From the NCBI RefSeq assembly GCF_001194135.2, contig NC_068990.1, forward strand, positions 43,541,034 through 43,605,033: a DNA stretch of 64,000 bases. Direction: 5' to 3'. Origin of the DNA: Octopus bimaculoides (Eukaryota). Position numbers and translations under genes: made by a program. Of this stretch, positions 24,814 to 37,970 are shown one piece after another; positions within the stretch are counted from its first letter, which is position 1, and each line of letters opens with the position of its first letter. The notes beneath the pieces are model-generated. The model worked only from the letters and a program-made list of their open reading frames with translations, was not told the origin of the DNA and did not search any database.

Positions 24814-27126
24814 GAATTGAGACTTGTAATAGTATTTATGTGGTAAGTTAACCAAGGTGAACTTCATATCCCATTAGGTTATAGCAGCAGCTGCAGCAGC
24901 ACCACCACCACCACGACTCTTACAGCAGAGTTGAGTGTATTCTTTTGATATTCACAGGAAAATCAAACCTTGGCACTGCAGCCCAATGAAGTGCTTGTTA
25001 GATATATAACTCCTGTTTCCTATAAATATAAAGTGATAAAAATAGTGTATCTTTACAGCTCAACAAAGTGGGATTGGCATTATGCACTGGATAAGCCAGT
25101 CATTTGTCTGAAATCTGCTAAAATTGGAGGTGACATGAAATTTCTTTGTCCAGTTAAAAACACTAAATCTTAGTAATAAAGAAAGCAAAGGAGGATGTTC
25201 CCAGAACAAAGAGGAACAGAAGATATGAATGGGTGGAGGTAGGCTCAAGAAAATCATGTGGTGTTATGACCTACCACATTGATATAGTGGGAAATATTTC
25301 AAATTTGGCTGGTGACTTGAATGATCATAAAAAATAGATTTCTTGTTTTGAAACTGCATTTTCCAGTTAGTGTAATTTGGATAGGTAAATGTAGGGGAAA
25401 AAATTATGGAGAAGTAGAAGCTATCACTATAGGGTTTGAGATGCTAAATACTCTGGTGGTAGTCTTGAGACAAAGCCATCTTAGTGGTCAATGAAGAAAC
25501 GGACAATACATTGTCAATACTAAGATATAAAACAATGACCTATAAGGTCGGCATTCTGATACTATTGCCTAGCTCAGCTGTAACCCCTCAGTGTCAGTTG
25601 GACTCAAAATCAGGAAAACAGCACTAGTAGAAAATTTTCTTTTAAAAAATATGCTTAGCTGAGCATCATCACTTATAAAGAGAGATCCTTAATATTTAAA
25701 TTTTGGATACAATTGTTCTTGAGAAAATAATCATATGACAAAAGATGTTCAGGCAGAAGCCAGTTTGGCTTCATGAATGTCTGGGGAGTCTTTGTCAAAA
25801 GAATCTTTTCTTTTCTTAAGATGGTCAGATGTGATTTGAGGAAAATTTGGCTGTTATTTCTAGACTGTTGACTGACAACATAGCAGTTGCCTTGTTGTTG
25901 ACTCAAGGAAAGTAATGACTGTAAGGCAATAAACATAACAGACATCAGGAAGTTTTACTGCACTGTGTGTGTGTGTGTGTGTGTGTGTGTTTAATAACAA
26001 TCTACAATATTTTCTCTTTACTGACTGGAAACACTTTTTTTTTTAATGTAATATAATTTGTTCTTTCTACCTCATGGAATTGATCAATATCAGTGCTACT
26101 CTACATTTACTGGCAGCTGTCTACTAGTGTTTTCTTCTGATTTTGATTCTTTTTTCTTTTCCTTCTTTCTCATTTTGTTCTTTTTCTTCATCTATTGCTT
26201 GCTTCTTCTTCACAACCACCATGAGGATGTATATTAAATATATAGGAATTAGCATAAGCTATTCATGTGAAGGTCATAAATTCCAACTGTCCCTGCTGTT
26301 ATGTTACAGCAGCAGTAAAGGAAGTCATATACCAGAGGGGACTTAACTATGTTGTTTTGTTCTGTTTTGTTTTTTTTTGTTGTTGTTTTCTTGAGTTTTG
26401 GCAAAGGTATCTCCATGTAAAACAGGTCTTTAATAAACCTTGCATGTCTAATAGAGCAACAGATAAATGTAGCATTTGGCATTGTAGAACCATAGTTGTT
26501 TCTCTCTCTCCCTGGCTAATTGATGCAAAGTCCTGGTGTGTATGCAGACATTTGTTGAAAGTGAGATGGTCATGTGGTAGTTTAATAAAGAGTTTTATTT
26601 CAAAAACACTGTTAACATTTCAGTGGAATTTCTTATGGAAATTTTGGGGTTCCCCCACCCTCTTTCTTTGTTTATTGAAATGCAATGTTATTTAGTGTAG
26701 AAATAAAATGCAAATGTTGATCAGGTGACTTAAATCTGTATAATAGTGAATCCAGTCCAAGAACGACATTTATTACTATAGAATTGTTAGTCTCGTTATT
26801 AATGATGTTCTTGCTTTCTTTTGTATTGGAGTGTAGAAAGTTGAATGAAAATATTGATCTGGCTTTTCGCACCATGCTATAGGAATGTGTTGCTATCGCT
26901 TGCTCACTAGATATATTTAAAAATCTGTTCAATATGAGCTCCATTGTCTATTTAGTGACACACTTATCAAATTAAAACAAATTTCTCATGCTCCAAACAT
27001 TCTGTAGACATTCTGATATTTATTTTATTTCCGAAATAGCTTTTTCTTCTGAAACGGTGGTGGTGGGGTCTTTCTTGCTTGATTTTTTTTATTTTTCTTT
27101 ATAAATTTGCTGTTTTCTGTCTTTAG

Positions 27127-27233
27127 TGTTCCAAGAAGTCGAGAAGAGGGCAGCCAGTGTTTCATAACTATAACTGCAGTGCCACCTCTCAATGCTTGCA
27201 AAGATTGTTATATTAGTGAATCCAATTCTTCCT
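27127..27233 (+). CDS. DCAF15: DCAF15 exon (VPRSREEGSQCFITITAVPPLNACKDCYISESNSS)
   Basis: Splice sites ctgtctttag| and |gtaagt. Phase 2 to 1, 107 nt. Matches human DIYVSTVAVPPPGRCAAC, including the CxxC zinc ligands. Confidence 0.92.
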
Positions 27234-29062
27234 GTAAGTATATTTTAATTTTTTGGAGGGGGCAGAGTAATAATAATTATCCTCATGATTGTCATCAAAA
27301 ACACTTTTTTTTTCCAATTCTTACTTATGCAGTTTTTTCTTTTGTTATAAGCTTGTGTTATGTGATGTTTGCACACTCTTTGACATTAGCATATTTTATG
27401 ATGGGCAGTTTTTTGGGGGGGTTTTCCGCCCTAATATTGTTTGCTCTTTCTGCCACTTTCAAATTACTTCTAATATGTAAGTGCTAAATATTACTAGTGT
27501 GGCAGACTGAGGCAACAAGAGTTATGTGGCTGCAAGAAAAGTCTGTAGTCCAATGTGTTATCTTTTCAACCACTAAGTCACTGATACCAGTTGTGAAAAC
27601 TAATTATTATTGCACTGTTGATGAAAATGGTTCTTTATTTTAATTTTATTTTAATGCAAATCTTTATTTAAGCAGATAATGGAGAATAGTGTGTTAATCT
27701 TAAAATTCAAGATAAGCGTTATATAACATACATTTAATACAGCTAAGAGATTGAGACTAATAAAAATAAAGTTATTTTCCATGTTTATTTTAAAGTCTAT
27801 ATTCTCATACAGCTGCTCTCAGTTCATCTAATTTACCATCTTTTGATTTTAGTTTCATTTTCTGTTAAAAGAAAACCCTACATCTACAAAAAAAATGTAT
27901 GTGAATATCAGTGACAGGTATCACTTTTAGTGAAGTCAGTTGAAAGGGAAATGGTCTTGGTCATGATGATATTTTAAAAGAACCTAAATGTATGATGACT
28001 TTTCTCTTGCTCTCCCTAAAGAATTTTCCCTGAAAGTAATTCATTAGACATTGTCTTGCAGCTGCAAATATTTTATCTAATTTGTAGACATTAAATTATT
28101 TTGTAGAGGAAGGGCTGAGCTGATTGAATCAGTCTGCCATCATCACTGTCAATTTACTTAATTGACTCAATAGTTGATCTTGGTTGCATTTGGGACTCAG
28201 AACACATCAACAGACTGAACATTGTAATGGCAGCAGCAGTCTTCAATCTTAAAAATAGACCCTCAAATTCTTCCTTTCTACTTCCTATTCCTGTTGATGC
28301 TTGAGAGTCAATACATTGAAACTGACAAAATATCTCTGAAGAATTTTTCACCTGTTACAATACACAACTTCATTTGTAACACACTACTGCCAGTAAACAA
28401 CAGATAAATACCAGTGGCCATGCATGCATTCATACATACCTACATACATACCAGTGACCATGAGGTCACTATTGGGCAGGCTTCATCTCTAAGCAGAGTA
28501 GAGTATGAGGAGGAAGATGGTTGTGATGATGATGACAGTGCTGTGTATATATAATTTATACACCTGTATAAAAATATAATAAATTTTATAATTATATAAT
28601 TTGGAAAGACTTTATGTGAAACCTGATTGCATCATAAATATGAAACCTTTTTTTTATTATTATTGTTATTATTCTTGACTTTTTCTGTGGTTTTGAAATT
28701 GAGAGTTCTTCAAAAATAATTTTCAAACGTACATCAGTTTTGTGGTTACAATTTATACACCCTATTATGACAGCTGACCAAAACAGAGGTATTAAACTTA
28801 AATCATGTCCTTAATATTGTATGTTCTGAGCAAGGACATTTAATTTTCAATATACCCATTTCATCCAGCTGTCAATAATTAGAGGTACAGTTCACTACTT
28901 TAAGCAGCATTGGATTTTTTATGGGTGATTACAAATGCCTTCTAAACTTTGAAGAAAGTTGTGGTAAAGTCAGGTTTCAAAATGTGTGACCTCTCAGACA
29001 AAATAACAGAATAATACATATAGAAACATACCATACTGCATACCAGTCTGGCATTCATTGCT

Positions 29063-29251
29063 TAGCCCTTTAGCATTCAGATTTCTTATTTATTCACACT
29101 GTTTTGAATTGCTCACGATTGATCTTATAGCTTCACAATTTCAATGGTGTGTTTATATATTTTTAGTGTGGGGTAGGTATGAGAAGTTGGATCTGGACAG
29201 TTTTAACATAAAACAGGTAAAATGTTTGGGTTGGATCTGCTAAAGGGTTAA
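29063..29251. mobile_element. piggyBac-like MITE family 2, opposite orientation
   Basis: ttagccctttagcattcagatt...tctgctaaagggttaa. Confidence 0.7.
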
Positions 29252-29566
29252 AGTCTTCTCGGTGTATCCTGCTTTGAATTCTTGTAGACTCCAGTTGTCT
29301 AGTGGATTGTAAACATTTACAAATCCTATCGGATGCTACATTATGAGAACTTGTTTAATTATTGTGTTTTTTGTTTGTAGGAAAATGATAGCCATAGCAA
29401 TACTAACTATATGGACCTTGTTTTTTCTTTTATCAATTTTCAGTGGATATTATTTTAATTATGAACATGAATTCATTTTCTCCTCTAATGTGCCTTATTA
29501 AACATTATTCTGGACATATTTTTGTGAGTCTACCATTTCTTATCTCCAAAAAACTTTCATAACATT

Positions 29567-29613
<47 letters not shown>

Positions 29614-29923
29614 AATATTCACAATTTAAACAGGCCTCAATGTTATAGAAGAAAGAAAATTGAAATGACAAATACTTTTGTCTCACCTTCCTCCTTTTTG
29701 TGCATTATGCCAAATTTGATAACCCATATTGAAGTGCAGGTGTGTACTCGTACATAAACAGTGAATAATTTGTCATTGGAATAATGAAAACTAATGTCAA
29801 TTCTTTGCAGGTTTGCAATCTAGAAGCATGAAAGCCTGAACTAAATGTTGTAAATGGGAAATTATTTCAGTTAGGAAGTTACATGTCTTGGTTTTATTAA
29901 CTTGTATCCATTTTGTCTTTCAG

Positions 29924-31384
29924 GTACAAAACGCAAAAAGAAAGTTATGTGTGTTAAACACAGTTTTTGTATCTACAGCAAGTATGAACTGGCTCCACCA
30001 TTTCCAGCATTTATTCCACAAATCCAGCTCAAAATGGACGGAATGGTGGTTCTTAACACAGGTGACTCTTTGGTTGCTCTCGACTTCCGTATCAACCAAC
30101 CTGTAACACAGTGTAACAAGGCAAGCAACTCTGTGGATGAATGTAAAAGACTATTCAGCTGTGGCAGCACCAACCCTGCCTCAGCTAACTCAGGGGTTGA
30201 TGGTAGTGGTAGCCGAGCTGAAGCTTACCACCACCTCATTAATGGATACTATGACTTCAGGGGATCCCCAACAGGCTCATCCGATTCGGCTGCCGAGTCA
30301 GATGAAGATTGCTGGGGTAAGAACAATCCGAAAGGATTGCAACCAAACAAACCATCGAGCACTAGTGTATCAATAACAGGCGTTTCCAATAGTTTGAACA
30401 CTAATAATACTGCAGCCACTAACAACATGACATCAACCAGCTGCACAAATACAACCAACACCACAACAGCCAGCAATGTAACAAAGTGCTGCCAAAGAAC
30501 TCGACTTCACTCAGTCAATCCATCCAACGCTGACGCTGTGGAGCAATATACTTGCTGCTCAGCATGCTGCGGTGAGTCCACTACCAACACCTGCTGCCGA
30601 CACAGTAAGACCTCTGGCTACTGTTGGAACTGCAACTGTGAAAACTCTTGTCCTCCATCTCTGAATAACAGTAGTGGGGGTGGCGATGATTCTACTAACC
30701 GATGCATGAAGCAATCCTGCTGCACTGTCTGTGATAGAACTCTTACTTCTACCTCCTCTTGTCATCACCATCACCACCACCACCACCACCACCATCTCCA
30801 CAACAGCCACCTCCACCACAACCACCATCATCTTGCTACAAACTTCTCTTCTCCTCCTCCACCTCCCCCTACTTCTAGCTGCTGTGATCTTCATACCAGA
30901 CTGAGTGATAGCAATAGTAAATGGTGCCGCATGGTGAAGCAGCGCAACAGCTGCTCTAGTTGTTGCGTCATTGTGGACACAGCAAAGTCAGATGCAACAT
31001 CGCCACCACCAGCACCGCCCCCTACAGTTTTTCAGCGTAGTTCCAAACTGAATGTACTGGAGGAGTGTCGGTGTTCAAAGAAGAATGGCACTGCTTCTAG
31101 TGTGGTCAGTCACCACTCTAAGTGCTATTGCAATGCTACCAGTGACTCTGATACAAAAGAAAATATTGTGGAATCTACCAGTCAACCTTTATCTCCATCA
31201 AATAACATATCCCAGCAGCCCTTCTTTTCTCCCAATAGTAACAGTGGCAGTAGTGCCACGCAAAACAGCAACGAAAACCTCCCAGTCTATTTACACATCA
31301 ATGAATCTCGGTCAATGTCTTTCTCCATGAGGAAATTTACATATCTTGAAGACAGCAGCAGGGAAAACATTTTACTAAATGAAG
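29924..31384 (+). CDS. DCAF15: DCAF15 large exon (487 codons): conserved CVKHSFCIYSKYELAPPFPAFIPQIQLKMDGMVVLNTGDSLVAL block, then a long Cys/His/Ser-rich insertion
   Basis: Lies inside ORF 29902-31413. Splice sites ttgtctttcag| and gaag|gtaagt, phase 1 to 1. The 5' part matches human [44 protein letters not shown]. Confidence 0.95.
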
Positions 31385-31959
31385 GTAAGTGTCCACAATA
31401 TTTCTCCTGTTAAACTTGTACACTATTGACAAGGAGCAAGTTTCCTCTTTAAATCAATGAAGTCTTTCTTTGCTTGAAGTGTTTGAGCTGTAGTCTTGGA
31501 CAAGCACAATGGTTCTGAAATGAAGATAATGGGCCACTGACCATTAACTCTACCTGTTTCATGTCTGCACACTTGACAACAGATTCCATTTCCTCCTTTC
31601 TGATTGTGTAGTTAACAGCATTATGCTGATATTTAAATTTGTTTATAACCAGCCTTCATTAGTATAGTGGTGTCACATCAGGGACCTATCTGTTGAACCA
31701 GAAACCAAATATGTGGTGTTGCATAAAATTCTATGTTAAAATCTTCCTCCACTTAGTTTGACTTTGTTGTTATTTTTTCTGGATCAGTAAACTAGCTACC
31801 AGTCAAGTATTGGGGAGTGCATTAATGTAATCAGTTACATGTAATCTCTGAAGGTGGTACCCCCAGCTGTGTTGTCACATCCTGTTGTGAAGAATACAGC
31901 ATAAAATGATTGGATGCTTTAAAACAGGCAGTAGATTTGTATAATTTGTTAATTAGATT

Positions 31960-32292
31960 TAGAAGTCAACACTCAAAGAACATATTTCAGTTTTTTTTGT
32001 TTTTGTTTTTTTCATTTTTAAATAAGACCCGTCTTCCACAGCAGAATTGACACCAGTGCTGGTGCCACATAAAATGCACTCATTCTGGTGCCATGTTAAA
32101 AGCACTGGTGCTAGTGTCACATAAAGAGCACTCAGTACACTCTGTGGGGTGTTTGACATCAGGAAGGGCTTCCAGCTGTAGAAACCATACAAGAACAGAC
32201 AAGGGAGCTTGGTACGGCTCCTGGCCTTACCAGGTCTGTTCAAACCATCCAGCTCAGATCAGCATGAAAAACAGACATTAAATGATGATGAT
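31960..32292 (+). mobile_element. RTE-type 3' end with short internal repeats
   Basis: Three ggtgccacataaaa-like units, ending cagcatgaaaaacagacattaaatgatgatgatg. Confidence 0.65.
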
Positions 32293-32447
32293 GACTATTT
32301 ACTGAATCTGAGTGTGCCAGTGAAAAGTAGTTGGTTGCAATTGCTTCAAAATTCTAATATTTTTACATACCTTGCGTTGCCCCGTCAATTTCTTTTTACC
32401 TACCACTAACAGTAGGCATACTGTAGTCTGAAAATAGCAGGAATAGT

Positions 32448-32812
32448 ATAGGCATGGCTGTGTGGTAAGAAGCTTGCTTCCACATGATTCTGGGTTCAGT
32501 CTCACTGCATGGCACCTTGGGCAAGTGTCTTCTGTAGCTTCAGGCTAACCAAATCCTTGAGTGGATTTGGTAGACAGAAACTGAAAGAAACCCGTCATGT
32601 ATATATCTGCGTGTGTCTGTTTGTCCCTCAATCACTGCCGGTATTGGTGTGTATACGTCCCTGTAACTTAGTGGCTCAGCAAAAGATACCAATAGAATAA
32701 ATACCAGGCTAATACCAAGAAATAAGTACTGGGGACAATTAATTCAACTAAAAATTCTTCAAGGCAGTGCTCCAGTGTGGCCACAGTTGAATGATTGAAA
32801 TGAGTAAAAGAG
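32448..32812 (+). mobile_element. tRNA-derived SINE family A, full length
   Basis: A box TGGCTGTGTGG and B box GGTTCAGTCTC, then the body ggcaccttgggcaagtgtcttc and the 3' part aagtactgggg...ggccacagttgaatgattgaaa. Confidence 0.85.
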
Positions 32813-32999
32813 TATGCTATCTCTAGCATTGTTGATTTCTTTGCATGCCACTATATGTTGTCTGTCTTAAAATTACATACTATTTGTTCTATTAGACATT
32901 ATGCTAGTTTCCCACAACATTGATAATTTCATTTTTATTTTTTTATTTTTTCTCTTCTGAACACAGTACATATCATTATCATTGTTTAAGGGTATATTT

Positions 33000-33170
33000 G
33001 TGAAGGCAGCAAGCTGGACAAAATGCTCAGTGGTATTTCATCTGTCTTTACATTCTGAGTTCAAATTCCGCCAAGGTCGATAAATTAAGTACCAGTTACA
33101 TACTGGTGTTCGCTCTAATTGACTGCCCCCCCCCTCCCTCATAATTTTGGGCCTTGTGCCTAGAAAAGTA
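33000..33170 (+). mobile_element. SINE family B (internally deleted)
   Basis: aaggcagcaagctgg...ctgagttcaaattccgccaaggtcga...ccttgtgcctag. Confidence 0.75.
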
Positions 33171-34089
33171 TATTTATACATGTGAATGATCAGGGATAAC
33201 ATCAGGCAGAGCGGTCAGTTTAGTCTTTAGTATCAGTGGCAAAATAAATGTACCTAGTTTATTGATGACGGAATGACTGTTTTTCTTTATTGCTGTGTGC
33301 TAGTCAACATGAGTTTGTGATAGTTTAGTGAGGTGGTATGAGACCCATCCAACTTATGCCAGTGTGGATGGATAAAATGTATGAATGATGATGGGTGAGA
33401 TGTCAGTTTTATATAAAGATATATATATAAACATATACATGTTCTGGTAAAACAAATTTTTAAAAAAATGTATCTGCTTCATATAAATAAATAAACCTGT
33501 GCAGTACTTTTACTTCCATTTGTACATCTAAACATGTGTCTATATACATGTGTGTGTGTAGTCATATATGACTAGACTCTAAATATGCTGAAACTGGATT
33601 TTGGTATTCATGGCTGACAAGAGGTGTTCTGTGTAGTTTGCCAACTTCCTTTCAATCATTTCCATGTTCCATTTCGATTTTCACTGTGTGTGTGTAGATA
33701 TTGTAAATGAGTTATAAACTAGATCTGTTTTTAAAGGAAACCATACAAAAATGAAAACACCAGCTGGCATTAAATTAATACAACTTTAATAATAAATGAA
33801 CATTTATATGGTAGAAATTTAAGCATGCTTTAAACTTCTTGAGAGCTTAAATGGTTGTTGAGAGAGAAGGGCACTAAGCACCCAGCAAGTGCTGTATTGT
33901 ATCCATAGGGAGACTTTAAGCATTCAAATAATCTAAATCTTGACACCTTAAAGTCAGTGCTTCTTCATTAAAAAATGCCTACACTGTCTCTTGTTGATGC
34001 TTCCTTTAGGAACAGCATAAGCCCACCACTGCCTTTAGTTGATATTTTCTTTGGTTATAGTATAACCCCACTAAATCTCACAGAATCCA

Positions 34090-34375
34090 TATTATCATTA
34101 TGATCATATCGTTTTATGCTCACTTCCCATCGTAGCATGAGTCACCATGATCAAATTAGCACATATTTGAGAATTGGAGGATTACATTCCACTCAAGAGT
34201 TTCATTTTTGGTTGGATGCCCTTTCTAATATCAATCACTTTACAGAGTGCACTTGGTGCTTTTTTACATGGTACCAGCAGTTGAGAGGTTGTCATATTCT
34301 AGACAAAACTAAAGCATCCTCTCAACGCTTACAGTGTACTAGGTATGGTTTCTCTTGGCATCAGCACTAGAATGG
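34090..34375 (-). mobile_element. RTE-type 3' end, degenerate
   Basis: ggttggatgccctttctaatatcaatcactttacagagtgcacttggtgctttttacatgg. Confidence 0.6.
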
Positions 34376-35119
34376 TAGTCATCTATATGACAGACAGGTA
34401 GCTATGTCCATTACTTCCCATGCTGTAATTTTTACATCGACATAACCTAACATCATTAGCTTCACAATTTGCAAAAAGGTTAAAATAGTTCAAGCACAAA
34501 ATTTGTTACTAATACATAGCAACCACCTATTATATTTGTTTGTATTCTAACTGATCAAAGCCCTCAGTAATTATATTCTAATTGTAATTTAATATTGTTT
34601 TTCAAATTATATTGTAATACCTCCATGAAATAATGATAATTAATAGCTAGTAGTTTATTACGTTTGGCAGCATTCATTGCAGAATTTGTCAATATAGTGT
34701 TGAGGCGTAAATTTGTTCTCAAATCTCTCCAAGAAAATGTAATTTCCAAATATGAGAGACCTGTAGCAATATATCATTAATCTAGTCACTTCGAAATCAA
34801 TAAGTTGTATTAAGATTTATTACTATCACTCTGTAATAGAATGTACAAAGGCATCATTATTATCTTGATGTTGTATTTGATTGTGGTGTGTTTTCACCTG
34901 TTTCCTAGGCCTCAATATAATATGTTGGAAATATGTATTTTGATAATCAACTTCAATTTATATTATTATTATTATTTTTAATTATGAATTAACTGCTGAG
35001 ATTTGTAACATAAAATCGTGTTAAGGCATTTGATATTATACCTGCAAGTGATAGAAACTTGGTTCAATGTTTCTCAATAGACTGGTTTTTCTTCCCTAAC
35101 TAATTTACTCTGATCTCTA

Positions 35120-35178
<59 letters not shown>

Positions 35179-37142
35179 TGTACATGCAATTTGAGAATGT
35201 ATTGCTGTTTAGCCTATGTTGACTGACTTAGCATTCATCATGACAATCCTATCTTTTGCTTGGCTACTGTGTACCTTGGAGTAAATAAGTCAACTTGTCA
35301 TCCCCGTCCATCATCCTTTTGAAATCAACTTGTCCTAATTTGAAGATTTGGTTGGTATTTCTAGCAGATTAAATCACATAGAGACTACTTTATTGGCTCT
35401 TTTGGAAATATATATTTTAATGCAGTCCATTTATTTAGATTCAGAATAATTTTAGTATTTTGTTTACTTTTTTATTATCAGTGTTACCATTATTGCAAAC
35501 AGAGCAGCAGCTACATTAACATGATGCTTCCTAACCTCATTACTTTGTTTCTAAATTTTCTTTGGTCTACTTCTACCATCCATGGTAACCTCAGTCAGTG
35601 TGTTGACTTGGGAATAAACATTAGCAATGACAATCTTATACACTTCTTCTTTACCAAGCATGTATTATTCATTCACATTACAAGTCAAAAGCAGTACTAT
35701 CATCTTTTCTGCACGAGTTAACAATGTTTTCTAATGCTGTTTTCTAAGTTTTTATCAATTCTACCCCAGGTTTTTACAGCAGTCAACTTTTTTTGTGTTA
35801 ATGTCTTTATTCTAAATTTGTTCGTACATGCAATCTTTTTGGGGTTTTTTTTTTTGTCTGTCTGTTTATCCATTGGCTATATTAATGACATAATGTTGAT
35901 GGGGTAGGGTGAACCACATTATCAAAAAGCTACATTTGAACAGACAAGCAATATAAGCCTCTCTTTTAAGTTTTTCAACCTCCTCTTGATTGAACTGATG
36001 CTGCAACCATTTTTTTTTAGAAGTAGATTTATAAAATTATTACACCCCCTTATTAACAATGAACTATCACTTTTATATTTCTCTTTTTTTTTTTTCTCTC
36101 TCTCTCAAAATGTATTTAATGTTTAACTGAAGAGAAGAAAAGTACAACCATTTGAACATAAATCACAAGTAGACAGAATGTATTTCTGTCTGAGAGTCCG
36201 TTGGTCATGTGGCAATTTTCTGTTTGGTCACATGGTATCTGTTCTTTTTCCTTAGTCACATGATGCACTGTAGATGTTATCAACTCCCCTCCTTCCTTTT
36301 AACTCCACTTTTCACTTCTAGCTACCTCGCTCCTTTTGTCTGTCTTCTCGCCTTCCCTCTGTAATAGTTTTTGAAGACTCACTCACACACGTACCACATA
36401 ATGTCTATTTTAAAAAATCTTTCATCAGCATTACACACCTGCACTGCAGTTAACTTTGCATAAATTATCCGGTGACCTTCTCTAAATATGCTTCTGAAAC
36501 ACCACAATCAGTTGATGGGTTTTTTTACACTACTCTTTGCCAAGATAAGAAGACGGTAAAAATGCTTATATTTTACTCATGTTAACATATCTATGCATTG
36601 TTTAAAGAAAATATTTGCCTGGGTCATGATAGAAAAACCATTTGAGGTGTGATATGCTCTTTGAAACTATTTCATCCTTTTCATTGACACTATTTATTTT
36701 CTACAGTATTTTGTGCAGTATATCCCTGTGTGTTATTGACATAGATGAATTACTATTACCATAAAATGTTGACAATTTTAAATTAATCTACTCTAAACAG
36801 CAAGGAAATTGGCAGCCTGGTCATGTTCTGTAACGAATACAAACATGATTATTTGATAGTTCAGCTACTTAAATAGTGTTAACTATAATCAGTGGTCTTT
36901 TATAACTGGCCAGACTGAAATTTTACCTGTAGAAATATTGTTGTTAAAATTATATTATCTCCATGAAGTACCTATTCACCAGAACTTTCTAAAATATATT
37001 AAGATGTAAATACGTTCTTTATAAATTGCAGAAAGAAAATGAAGTTTGTTTTTGTTTAGGTCAGTTTTGGCCAAAGATATTCCTGCTTGTCCAGCTTATC
37101 TTTTTACTGCTTTGTAGGACTACATTATCCAACGAGTTCTTA

Positions 37143-37278
37143 TTTAACCCTTTTGGCATTCAGATTGCTTTGTCAAATGTAATGCTTATTTATTCACATT
37201 GTTTTCAATTAATTATGTATAATCTTGTAGCATTGATGATGTGATTCTTCATTTTTAGAATGACATTGTAGGGTTAAA
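37143..37278. mobile_element. piggyBac-like MITE family 2, internally deleted
   Basis: ttaacccttttggcattcagattgc...gacattgtagggttaa. Confidence 0.65.
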
Positions 37279-37970
37279 AGGTTAAGCTCGTCAGGCGCAA
37301 TTTCAGGGAGACTTGTTTATTAATTCCATGTAAGAGATTGAGTAGTATGGAAGCAACAAGCTGTCAGAGACTGGCCAATATATGGAGGAGAAATATGAAA
37401 GATGGCTTCTTTCTTCAACATAAAATGCTTATTGAATCAGTTTTTATCTTCACCATCATTTTATCTCTGTCCTCTTCAGGTCAGTGCTGGCATCAGTTTA
37501 TTCAAGCTGCAGTACAGCTACTGTCTTTCTATCTTGATTCTATGACATCTCATCTGTGAGACCGAGATTGTCAAGTGTGACCTAGTCTTCAAATTCTAAG
37601 TAACTGTCACAGCATTTATTCATCTAAGATGTATCATCTTTTGATATTATGTATCAAAATCAATGTTGTACTCTCTCTTGGATATTACCTCTGCTATCTT
37701 GTCATGTCTTCAGCATACTTGCATACATCTTCTAACCGAACACTGTTACAAGCAACAAACTACACACAACTTAATACTTTTGTAGTTGTCTTTTTTTTTT
37801 TGTAATCATTTCTTATATTCTACTGGCGTACAGTATATTTCTTACATGTGACATGTATAATCTGCCATTCTTTCCTGTAAAGGAACCATTTATTCCTAGC
37901 ATAAGTAACATTTTCCAAAAATTTTTTTAAATCTTCCATTAAATTGTTAGCTTCTATTTTTATCACTACT

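Noticed and set aside
28154-28351. Minus-strand 65-aa ORF bracketed by AG and GT
   Set aside because: Weak pyrimidine tract, no recognisable homology and no partner exons.
29973-31330. Antisense and alternative-frame ORFs overlapping the large exon
   Set aside because: Shadows of the GC-richer, low-complexity coding exon, with no independent support.
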